Below are positions 26,300 through 38,493 of a stretch of DNA of 64,000 bases, piece after piece. Below the pieces are notes generated by a model. That model ran no database searches. It was not told the origin of the DNA and saw only the letters and a program-made list of their open reading frames with translations. The stretch's first letter is position 1; each line of letters opens with the position of its first letter. Source of the DNA: Cenococcum geophilum (lineage: Eukaryota); contig CP158635.1 in NCBI GenBank assembly GCA_050273025.1, positions 28,086,001-28,150,000 of the forward strand, written 5' to 3'. The position numbers and the translations under genes were made by a program.

Positions 26300-29200
26300 T
26301 GTCACAAAACTCGTATTGAGCTATTCATTAATGAAATAGGTTAATTGATTGATAATCTTGATCGTGTCTTAACCTAGGGCCCCTGGGCTTAGATAAAGAT
26401 ATTTACAAAGCACGGGCCCCATGTACGTGACTTGTGCATATCCTACGCCACCGAGAATACAGATTATCTGATACACCCCCTTAGCTTTAAGCTCTTTGAG
26501 GTTAAAGCTAACCACCTTCTCGTGTCTGTTAATGCGTTAATTAAACCATAATCTTATCTAAATCCTTCCGTCTCGCTCTAATATTCTCCCTTAGGTCCTC
26601 CAGTTACTTCTCCTTATTTAGCCGCTCCTTAATATCTACTATCCTAATTATATTAACAAAGCTTTAAAACCTCTACTTAGGCAGGGCCTTTATAAGTTTA
26701 TCGGCAATTATCTTCTTCATTACTATCTATTGAAATTATACTCGTCTCGTTGCATATTCCTAACATAGCCAGTATTAATAGATGTTAATATATTGGAGCT
26801 TTATAATTAGCTTTACCGTATCTTCTATAATTAGTCGGAGCGTCTAGGTGTTATCGCAGTTAATAATTAAGGGCTTATTTAGTTATAATATTATTACTTT
26901 AAATAGCCTACTAATAAAGATAGCTTCCTTTACTGTCTATAATAGGGCTAATAGCTCGGCTTCTATACTCGACATTATAACCATACCCTACTTATTTGCT
27001 CTCCAGGCGATCGGCCCCCTAAATAGCTTTATAATATATCCTTATAAGCTCTTTCTATTAACGGAGTTGTTTATAAATAATGCGTCGCTAGTACAGATAA
27101 ATAATTGCGCTTTACTTCTACCGTTTCCGTCGTCTCGTCCTTAGTCGCGTATTCCTTTATCTCTCCCTCTACCGTTCATTCCTTCCTTATCTCCTCTATA
27201 GTAGATTACTCTGCTTTTCGTGCTATATAGGTACTAAATAACTCTATCTGCCGCTTAATAATACTCTTAGCTTAGGTTCTAATTAAACCTTACCAGCCGT
27301 AATATTGTAAAAGTAATATCTAGACGCGTTATAGTGGCTATATAGAGTACTAAACCTAGTTTTCTCTAATATAGCATTATAGAGGCTAGTAGGGATATAG
27401 GACGGACTAATAGGTCTATATTAGGGGACGGACGCGTTAAACGGATTAATTGGTAATTAGTAGGGAGGAGTTCTAATTCTGCCATAGGAGTATCTAAAAG
27501 ACGCCCTCTGAGATCTATCTTATACTAGTTAGCTATCTTCTTAATATAGGCTTTCTGGGATAGCTATAGGAGCCTCTAGCTATAATTGCGTAGTACGTAG
27601 ATTCCTAGGAACCATTTTAGCTCGCTAAGGGTACTTATCTAGTATTCCTTACTTAGCTCCTTAATTACTTCTTAAGCTTTCTTTTTATCTATCTTTCGGT
27701 AGCAGAAGACAATATCGTCAACATAAAAAAAGATAACTATTCTACCTTTTAGCATAATATACGGCTCCTAGGGTACTTCTTTAAAACCCAATTCGTTTAA
27801 TAAGCTCGTGAGATTCTTCTACTATAGTAGTGGTGATCGTTGTAGTCCGTATAGGGCTTTTCTTAAGCGCAGTACTTTGTCTATCTTTCCTTTATTAAAC
27901 CCTGGTGGTAGCTTTATATAGACAACCTTATCAAGATCGCAATAGATAAACGCATTAACTGTATCTATCTATATCGTCTTTAGGTTAAATTTTGTAGTAA
28001 TCGCTATAAGGGTTCGGAAGGTTGTACTAGCTAATATAGTAGCTCTTATAGGTAGGTCTCCTAGAGCCTATTAATTTCCGTAGACTACTAAGCGTACCTT
28101 ATATTTCTGGAGAAATCCGTACTTATCTATCTTATAAATAAACACCTATATTAAGCTAAGGACCTGCTGTCCCTTTACGTACTTCTTATCTATTTCTTAA
28201 AACAACCTTATTTAATAATAAGATTGGAGATAGGCTTATTAAGCCTCTTAGAACTAATCTTAAAGAGGATATATATTAAGGTCCTAGATTAACTAGGGTA
28301 GCGGAGGTAGATTCTTTCTATATAATCTAATATTACGTATTCTACCTAATTTCAGCTTACTATCGTTAAGTTAACTATTAAGGTTAAACTTCCTTCCTGC
28401 TAAGAAGGCGCCGTAATAGGCTAACGTGATCCTTTTAGTAATAAAGTCTTTAAACCTATTATCGCTAGCTTCTTAAATAAGTCTTTAACTAAGTTATTAG
28501 ACACCCCCTAAGTATTAAACGCATCTCCTACTTAATAAGTGACGTCTTAATTAGTACCTTATATATCTAACTTCGTAAAATACTTAACGTAAAAGGCACA
28601 TGGAGATTCTTTATCTTCTTCTATTAAAGGTGGTATATAGTACGCATCTTCAAGGGCTCTTATAAGCTCAAGATCTGCTAACTTATTAAAGGCTTAAACT
28701 GGCTCATCAACGTCGTTATCTTCCTCTTAAATTAACAGTTTAAGTACTTCTTTATTATCTTTTAGAAGGACCTCGTTCTTAGTCTAAGTATTAGGTAGTT
28801 AAATCTTCTCGATTAGTATATCTAATTTAGCATATAGGTCCTCTAAGATGTCTATTCACTTGCCGTCAAAGAACGTCTTTTTATTGAAGATAACATCCCT
28901 TATAGAGATAACGATACCCTTATATAGGATCCAGATCCTGTAGATATTGGTAGAGTTATAGCCAACGAGGTAGCCGATATAAGCTCACGGATCTAGCTTG
29001 CTTAGCCTTTTCTTCTTTAGCTGGGCGTCCGACGTTATCGCGTACGCTCTACAGCCGTAGGCTTTTAGGTGCGCTAGTTGCGGTTTTCTTAATCTCCTAT
29101 TCGCTAGGTAGGTATGGAACCTCTTATATAGCAATTTCCATCCATTACTTTCTCGTGGCGTTTGATCTCGAAGGTACACTATATAGTTAACTATCTCGTT

Positions 29201-31908
29201 CTATAGATTATGTGGTAGATTAGCAGCAATTCTTATAGCACGTCCTTTCTTAATAATAACACCCCCTAAGCATTTAGCGGTACCGTTTTATGCTTACGTA
29301 TATGGCGCCAAAGGCTTAAATATAATCCCTTACGTCCGTAGCTATTTAAGGGTTCTCCTTTTCCCTAGCTCGTTATCTAATCTAATAGTATTAACTTTAA
29401 GGTTATACCTCAGACGAATCCATTAGGTGAAATCTTTAAGTACTTATAGTGTCTCCTTTTTCTTACTATACGTTATTATAAAATACAAGAAGGTTCTTTC
29501 TAAGAAGGTGTTATAGATAAATATAACTCGTACGAATCTAGTATACGCTTCCTTAAGGTCAGTCCAGTCAATATAGAGGTTAAGATAGGGTTTATTAATT
29601 TTCTATTTTAAGAACCTTCGTAAGACCTAACGCTTAATTTTAGCGAGACTATAGTATTAACATTCCGTTATCTTTAGGTCTTAAAGCTTAACTCTTAGGG
29701 CGTTAAGACCTAGATAATAAAGGCTTATAGGTCCTAGATAACCTAGACGCAGATACTATAAACGTACATCTCCTTTTAAGTCTAGACGTGCGTCTCTTAA
29801 TAATATCCGCTTCTGTTAATAGCGCGTTAAACGGCTAATATTAAATGCGGATTTTAAGTTTCCTAATTAGACGTATTTAATAGTCTATTATCTATAATAT
29901 TCTTCTATTTAATATAGGATTATATTATCCTTTTAAACAAGAAGATTGTTATCTCCTTTATTATCCCAGTAGTATTCTTGTTTTTAAAATAAACGGAACA
30001 ACACTAGATTTATATTAAAGTCCGTATAAAAGGCAACGTCCTTAAGATATAGGATTCCTTTACTCTTATTTAGTTTTATAACTTAGACAATAACGTCGCC
30101 GTAGCCTAGTATAGGTACTTATAAGCTGCCGGCGATAATATATTTATATTTTAAAGCTTTCTTAAAATTATAAAAACAAAAGAGGTTATTAAAGATATGG
30201 AAAGTGGTTCCTAAGTTAAGAATAGTTAATAGCTTTAATAGATGGAGTTAACCAGTATAATACGATTCTAGGAATATTACATTAGCTTCTCCCTTAATCT
30301 TAACTTCCTAGCTCTCGTCCTATTGTTATTAAGCCTTATCTTCTTATTCTTTAAGTCTAATCTTTATAACTTAGTTAGTAAGGTCCTTATTCTTTTCTAC
30401 CTTCTTTAGTACCTTTTTAATGCGAGCATCTCCTATTATAACTCCTATAGGTCTCTTATCTTTAAATAAACACCAATAGTCCTTAAGGGAGTGTCCTCGT
30501 ATTCCGCACGCTAAGCACTTAGGCGTTAGCTTCTTATAGAACGTCTCCTTATCTACTAGTGTCCTAGCTCTTTTTAAGCGTCTATTACGTGCTAAGGCTC
30601 CTCTTTATAAACCTTTAGTAGTATTAGAGTAATTCTTAATAGCTTACTCTATGAAGTCTGCATTAAAGGTACTCCCCCTTATAGTAGTATTAGCTTTCTT
30701 TAAGGGTCTTATAAGTCCTTCTTACAGCTCCTTTACTACTCTATAGTATTTAGAAGATCTTAACTTCTAAGGGTTATTTAACTCGGTAGTGTACTTCACA
30801 TAGTAGGCGTCGCTGAAAGGTTAAATAACGTCTACTAAATCTTAAAGCTAGATTCCTTCTAATATTTAAGGGATCTTATACTTCTCTCCTAGTACTATTA
30901 TATATTCCTATTAATCTAGCCATAGGTTTAATTTTAACAACTATTTAAACCCCTTAAGGGCTTCTATATACTAGTATTATACCTTCTTCCTAATAAACAA
31001 CGAGGTAGGTTTAGTGTTCTCCTTTAGTTAAGATAGCCATTCTTTAACTATTAAGGAAGGTTAAGCAGTAGCTTCTTCTAAATTAATACTATAGACGTAA
31101 TTTAGGTGCGGATCTTTTAAAGGTGCTCCTCTTGCTTTAGGAAATACTTTATATCCTAGTCATAGTATCGTCTGCTATTCTCGTACGCCCTCTATTAATT
31201 CGTCAAGAGCTGCGCATATAAGGTTGCATTCTTATTAAAATCTATAACTTCTAAATAGGCTAGTTCTTATAGTAGACCTCATTGAGGTACTGCTTTATCT
31301 AGGTTAATATGGGCCTAAATTCGCTGATCTACGAGGGCTCGGAGCTGCTATAGCCATTGTTCCCAGTCTTCTAGCTTATTAAGGATGATCGTAGTTGACG
31401 AACTTAATAGTGGAGTCATTTAACTGATAGGCAAAGGAGGGATTAAGATGGTATTTTGTCGTCAGGATCGTCCTGTGACGATTAAGGTGGAATCTCGTGG
31501 AATCTCGTGGAATCTCGTCCTGTGATAATTAAGGTAGGATTTCTGTCAGGGTCTGCGTCCTTAACGATGAGGTAGAATTTTGTCGTTAGGATCGTCCTTT
31601 AACCGATATTCGTGTCAGGGTTATCCTGTAACCGATATTCGTGTTAGGATCGTCCTGTGAGGATGAGGTAGAATTTCTTTAAATGATGAGTAATAGCTGA
31701 ATAGCTTCTTGAGTCGGCGGACTGGGCTTATAACTGTCACGAAACTCGTATTAAGCTATTTATTGATAAAATGGGTTAATTAATTAATGATCTTGATCGT
31801 GTCTTAACCTAGGGCCCCTAGGCTTAGATAAAGATATTTATAAAGCACGGGCCCCGTACACGTAACTCGTGCACGTCCTGCGCCACCGAGAATACAGATT
31901 ATCTAACA
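26300..31908 (-). mobile_element. Ty1/Copia element G (non-GalEa), inserted in the RNase H of F
   Basis: 174-bp LTRs at 26300-26473 and 31735-31908. TSD CTAAC/CTAAT. PBS gttataagccc (RIP form of GTTATGAGCCC) and PPT aagggggtg on the minus strand. INT (HLKAYGCRAY, ORF 28985-29179) precedes RT (FYVDD at ~27720). Confidence 0.95.
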
Positions 31909-33599
31909 CTAATAGGATTCCTAATAATAAAGAAACTTAACTAAAGATAGGTTAAATGGGCAGAGATACTTACAGAATACTATTTTAAAATTTAGTATAC
32001 TAAGGGTACAAACAACACGTAAGCCAATACGTTAAGTTAAAAGGCTAAACTATAAAATGATAACAAGCCATTAGGGGCTTTACTGCAAAAAGACATAGAT
32101 GGACTAATTAGGTACAATTATCTAAAAATTACAATAATTTAAAAGAATAAGTTAGAAAAGGTCTATAAGACGCCAGAAAGCTTTTAAGTATAAAGAATTC
32201 TAGAAGTATAGCTAGAAAATCTACAGTTAGATATATACGAAAATTAAAAAGCAAAGTATATCCTAAGAAGTATAGCAGAGTAGTTTATAGAGAACTTTTA
32301 TAAGGGACTAATTTAAGGACATAATAGAGCTATAGGCTTAGTATTAAGACTTTAGGAGGAGTATATTATTAATAGAATCTAGAGGATAGCTAAAAGGATT
32401 ACTAGAGAGTATCTAGATTACTAAAGGAATAAACTAATAAGGCATAAGCCGTATAGAGGGCTATAACTTATTAAGATACTAAAGAGACTATAGGAGGTTA
32501 TATTATGGGACTTTATTATTAAGTTACTAAAGTTAAAAGATCCTATTACCGGATAAGACTATAACGCGATTTTAGTAATAGTAGATAAGCTTATAAAGTG
32601 GGGATACTTTATAGCCTATACGGAAGAAATCTTAGCGGAAGATGTTACTAAAATCTATATTAAAGAAGTATTTATAAGATATAGAGTACTAAGTAAAATT
32701 ATATTAGATAGAGATCTAAGATTTATAACAGTATTCTAGAAGGTATTCTTAACAGAGTAAGGAGTTTAAGTAGTAACTTTTACCGCATATTATCCGCAGA
32801 CAGACGGCTAAACGGAAAGATTAAACTAGATACTAGAGCAGTATCTAAGATATTATATTAATTACGTATAGAACAATTAGGTATTACTATTACTAGTTAT
32901 ATAGTTTACATATAATATAACACTATAAGAAGGAATAGGCACGTTACTATTTAAGGCGAATTATAAATATAAGCTAAGAATATTATTATCGCCACATTAA
33001 GCAAAGAAAATAAGTAGTAGAGTTAAGTAAAGGATAGAGACTTTAATAAATCTTTATGCAAACCTTACGGAAATAGCTAAGGTGGTACAGCAAAGAATAA
33101 AAAAGTACTATAATACTAAGAGATCTAAGGGACTAGATCTTAAGGAGGGGGATAAAGTATAGCTACTATATAAAAATTTTAAGAGTTAACAATTAAGTAA
33201 GAAGTTGGACTATATTAAACTAGGACCTTTTAAAATTACATAGAGGATTTTACCAGTTACATTTAAGTTAAACCTACTAGCCAAAATAAAGATCTACCCT
33301 ATATAGTATATCGCAATACTAGAGCTAGCCTATAGGAATATTAAACCACTAGTTTATAAGGCAGATATATATAAAGGTTAGGAAAAAGACGAATAGTAAG
33401 TTTTAAGGATTATTAGTTATAAGGACATTAACAATAAAACATAGTATAAGGTTAAGTGGATAAGCTATACTAAGACTACCTAGGAGCTACTAGAGAATTT
33501 AAAGAACGCTATAGGAAAGGTATAAGAGTATTAGAAGAAAATAGGTTAGGCAATATTAATAAAGAAGGATTATTAAAGAATAAGTTACCTAAGGGGGAC

Positions 33600-34172
33600 C
33601 TAGGAAGAGCAACTGCTAAACTACTTAGAGTTATTCCCTTTACTATAGGAGGAAAGTCGGTTCTCTTATTACCTAGTTCCTAAAGACCTTATTAAATAAG
33701 CTTCTACTCCTTTAAGCGAACTTTCTTACGGATATATTCTAAACGCTAAAGATAAGTATAAGCCAGACGCTAAGCTTTAAGGACACGTGTAGACTCTTCT
33801 AAGATATGCTAAACCTTAAGCAGCGCAGAGGCTAGCTTACCGTTAAGCTTTATAGCGATAGATTAAATATAAGACCCTATAATAAATTACTTAGGGAACT
33901 TAAAGACTATTAAGAATAATAGGATATATATACTTAGTATTAGATATAGAATAAACGTTATATAATAAATATATATTAGCGCAAGTGCATTTAGAATAAG
34001 AGGAAGGTTGGCGACTAAAAGGACTTATAATCGCAACATAACTTAACCCCTCTTTTGCACAACGAGAGTAAGAAATTGCTATTACTTTACCCAGTAATAG
34101 TATTAAAGAGACGGTATAAAGGTGACGCTTAACCCAAGAGAGAGAAGAAATTGCTTTAGGTATAATAAGCAA
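33600..34172 (-). pseudogene. Antisense gene in the 3' region of Gypsy F: Zn2Cys6-like cysteine cluster, probable 55-nt intron, coiled-coil exon
   Basis: Track ORF 33900-34172 has YSRC-x6-Y-x13-YSKC-x7-Y, where TAT/TAC are plausible RIP products of TGT/TGC. Probable intron ~33877-33931, then an RLEYIRKKVRLKE heptad-like segment. Confidence 0.55.
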
Positions 34173-37100
34173 TAATATTAACCAAATTAATTAGATGGAT
34201 ATTATACCTCTAGTAAACAACCTAGAGATGCTAGGTATCTTTAAGGATAAAGATAAAGAGAAGGGAGATGGTATTATGGACGCTTTAAGTATAATATTAT
34301 AACTACTTAGAGAAAAGTTAGAGGAAGCTAGTTAGTTAATATAGGCATAAACTAGGATAGAACCCGTGGAACTATATAATAAGGGATAGTAAGTAAGTCA
34401 TATAATAGTTAAACGCGTTAGCTGCGTTAAATATAAGGGACGTTATATTTAATATAGATAAGGCGTATATTACGTATAAGAAGGATTTTATAGGAGTACG
34501 GTTATGTATTTAAGGACCCTTAGTCCCTACCTAGATAGTTCCTTCCGTGTAGTAATTCTTAGAATACAATTAAAGTTAATCTATTAGGCAACCACTCCAC
34601 CAGTTATTATTACGTTGTTAACTTACTTATAATACCTACACACCTAGCCTATTAACGAGCCCACCGTAGTTCTTGCTATAAGGTTCCGTTACACCACCTA
34701 AATTAATCTATATAGCGTTTCTTGGCGAGAATTTGGCTAATTAGACAACTTTAACCGCTGGTTAAAGTTCTATAATATCTTAACCACCACAAATTTTAAT
34801 ACGGTGGTCGGCCGCGACCTTAATATAACTTTCCCTTATCTTATACCTAGTTTAGGGGTCCTAGCTTTTTAGGGTATTACTTATAAAAGCGCTATATAGC
34901 TTATTTACAACCCTTTAGGTCTTCCTTTAGCTGCCAGGTTATATTCTTATAATATTTCTATTTAATCTTATAAGTTAGGCCCTAGGGGTCTTTATTATAT
35001 ATATTAAGGATTTTCTTAAACTCCTATTTATCTTCTATGTTACCGTTATTATTTCTCTCTACTACTCGTCCTTGTATATTACGGCGCTCTATAGTATTAA
35101 TATTTACTTAGCTAAGGATCTCTTTAGCAGCCTAGAGGCGGACCTTAGATATATAAAAGGATTTATTTACTTAGATATAGTCTAAGAGGTCTATTATAAC
35201 TACCCCTTAGTATACTGCGAGTATAGGGTACAGGCCGTCCTATTTATTGTCCTATTTCTTCTTAGATCTATTTATCTTTATATTTTCTAAGCTAACTATA
35301 ACTATATCGCCTTCGTAGAATAACGCGCTCTTATCCCTACGGGTATTAGCATTATCTTTATAGCGTTACTATAAAATCCCGGGCTAGGGCCTTAAGCTAT
35401 ATTAATATCCGCTTAAAGTAGTTAGCTATAGAGTCTATATAAAAGAACTTCTTCTTTGCTTATACTAATAGTATTAGTAGGCGGGGGCTAGCAGGCTTAA
35501 TTCCGAGGCAAGGGTTAAAGCTATAGTTTATAAAAAACGGGAAGATACCTATACTCTTATTAACTTAGTTATTTATAGTAAACTTAGTAAGCGGTAGGTA
35601 GTTAACCTAGTTATCCTATATAAAGCTAACAAAAGCATAAAGGTATTTATTTACGGCAGCGTTAATAATTTTAGTTTAGCCGTCCATTTCTAGGTACTAG
35701 GCTAAGCTTAGTCGCAAGGTTATCTTAAAGCGTTTACTTAGTTATTGCTAGAAGTTGCTAATAAATTATATACTGTAATTAGAGATAATTATACTTAGTG
35801 CACCGTAGAGCTTATATATGTTATTAATAAAGCCATTAACTAGCTCCTCTATTAAGAGTCCTATTACTAAAATAAGGTATTATATTTTAGTTAGGCGGTC
35901 TATAATAATAAGGATATATTTATATGCCTTACTATAGCGTTAGTATACTAGCAGCGTTATAATATAGTTAATTAAGATATCGGTTTACGGGTAGGTAGGT
36001 AATTTTAGTAGCTTTAAGAAACTAGGCGGGGTAAAATGGGGGGTCTTAGTGTAAAAGTATAGGGTATAGTCTTTAACAAAGGTAGCTATGAACTAGGAGA
36101 TTCCTAGCTACTAGTATATTTAGTTTAAGAGGTTAAGAGTTTTAACCCGGCTGGGGTAATTAGCGGGGCCGCTACTATAAGAGCGATAGGTAACTTCTAG
36201 GTAGAGGTTTAGGGCGTTAAGGATAAAGAGATATTAGCGGAAGTAAATCTGTCCGTTAATAATACTATATTCTAACTTATTATAATAGAGTAATTTCCTA
36301 ATCTTCTTTAGCTAACGGCAAGCTTTCTAATTACGTAAGGCTGCCATTATATCTCTTATAAGTTTATTCTCCTAGTATCCTAGCTAGATTAACTTATTTA
36401 GTAACTTCTTAGCTATTTTAGGGTCTAGAGCGGCTATAAACTCCGCATTATTAGAGTTATAGGACTTATATAGTAGTTCTTCTAAGATTATAGGGTTAAC
36501 TTTCTAGGGCGGTATAACAACTTAGGCTCGGTAGCGGAGGCGTTTATTATTAGCGTTCTTAGGCCTTATTTCTAGTAGCTAGCTTAGGGTATTAAGGAGC
36601 GTAGCTTTACTACTAGGTCTATATATAATTATAAAGTTAAACTATAATAGGAACTCTGCCTACTAGACTTAGCGCTAGTTTAGCTACTTAGTAGTTATAA
36701 ATATCTATAGGTTTTTATAGTCGGTAATAATTTTAAACAGCTCCTTAGTCCCTTATAGCTTAGGACGCTATTCCTCTAAAGCCTTAATAATAGCTAAGAG
36801 TTTTTTATTATAGATTTTATAGTTATACTTTAGCGTAAAGTGCTTTACGAAAAAGAATATAACCAGTCTTAATTTTCCGTTATTATTATACTGGAAAAGG
36901 ACTCCGCTAGAAGCCTAATTTAATATATCTATCTCTACCACTATTTTCTTTATATAGTTATAGTATGCTAGTACTAGTACTAAAGTAAAGGCTCTCTTAA
37001 GGGCCTTAAACAATTTGGCTTATTCTAGTCCCTATAGTTATCTAATATCCTTCTTTAGGAGTTTTATTATAGGTATAGCGATAGTAGAGTAGCCTTAGAT

Positions 37101-38309
37101 AAATTATTAGTAGAAGTTTGCAAAGCTAAGAAATTGTTATAGTTCTTTAATTAATGTCGGGTCCTTTTATTTCTATAAGGCCTATACCTTCTTAGGGTCT
37201 ATAGTTATACTATTAGTTAAGATAATTAAGCTAAGGTATTTTATTTTAGTAGAGTAGAACTTAGACTTATTAATATTAATCTAAAGTCCAGTATTACTAA
37301 GTTTTTAAATAACTTTATTTATATACTTAGTGTACTTAGCGCGTGTTTAAAAAAAAAATAAGGACGTTATTAAGGTAGGCAGTGTAGTAGTTGTTAAGGG
37401 CGTTATATAGAATATAGTTAATATAGTTTTAAAATATAGCAGGTGCGTTATAGAGGCTAAATAGTATAACTAGTATTTTATAGAGTTTAAACCGGGTAAT
37501 AAATGCTATAAGCTACTTATAGCCCTCCGTAATCCGAATCCGGTTAAATATAGTAATTATATTAAGTTTAGTAAAGTACTTAGTACTATAAAGTGCGTTA
37601 AGTATCTTGCGGATTAATAGCAGTGGGTATTAATTCTTAATAGTAACTGTATTTAGGCCTTAGTAGTTATAGTAAATTTATATACCACCACCGGGCTTAG
37701 TAGCGAGAAGGAGTAGTACGGCAGCTAGTAAGGTTAATTTGCGGATAAAACCCTTATCTAGTATCTTATTAATCCACTTCTTTACACACCTAAGTTTAGT
37801 AAGTAAAAGTAATTAATTTTTATAGTATAGGGTTTAGTTTCTGGGGGTAATCTTAATTTTATAGTCCTATAGTTAGTAAGGGGGCAGCTTATCTGCGTTT
37901 TTAGGGAGGAAGTACTTAATATATTTACTAAACTCCTTTAGTAGGCGTTATAAAATGTCTTTATAGGTTAATCCTAGTTTACCTTTTAGGAATTTTTTAA
38001 TATTAGTGTTGACTATCTTCCGATATAAAAGCTTAGGTTTAGTTTTTAGATTTATCTTAAGGAAGTTATAGAAATAGGGGGGGAGCACTTTACGGGCTTC
38101 CTTTATTGTATAGTCGCCTTCTACTAGCTAGCGGAAAGACCTTTTTAATAGGTTTAGTACTTCTATTAGGCCTATAGGCAGCTCTTTAAGTAGCTATTAG
38201 TACTTATCTTATTTAACTAGTTCTACTAGCTCCGCTATATAGATCCTTATTACCTTTACGCCTCCCCACTTATAGAACTAGGTAAAATTAATAATATAAG
38301 TATATTTAA

Positions 38310-38493
38310 TGTCATAGCGACTCAGTTAATCGAGGCACGAGCGCCGTTTAGAACGTATGCAAGCCTGTATAATTGGAATGTCTATAGACCCGGATATCAA
38401 GATAAGGAGCAGAAGGTGGAAAAGGACACGTCTATATACATTTGCCAAGGCTCAAGCGAGCCCCCTAACTAGATCCGTTACGGAGCCGTAACA
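38310..38493 (-). mobile_element. Solo LTR (184 bp) inserted in the pol of E
   Basis: Reads TGTCA...GCCGTAACA. Flanks TTTAA/TTTGA form a 5-bp TSD with one RIP change. Shares the gaaggtggaaa motif and terminal gccgtaaca with the E LTRs. Confidence 0.85.

Larger units (their letters stand above)
21058..34693 (+). mobile_element. Ty3/Gypsy chromovirus-like element F, inserted in the 3' UTR of E and interrupted by Copia G
   Basis: 422-bp LTRs at 21058-21479 and 34272-34693. TSD CCACC on both sides. Purine tract before 34272. Zinc knuckle at ~22525, ALIDSGA protease at ~24665, RT (YLNN ~25632), RH split at 26300/31908, INT ~32300-33000, chromodomain ~33390-33540. Confidence 0.95.

Noticed and set aside
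37328..37340. Programmed frameshift at the poly-A run next to the RT YxDD motif of E
   Set aside because: It lies in the middle of the RT core, where no programmed shift is expected. More likely homopolymer slippage or a sequencing error in a dead copy.
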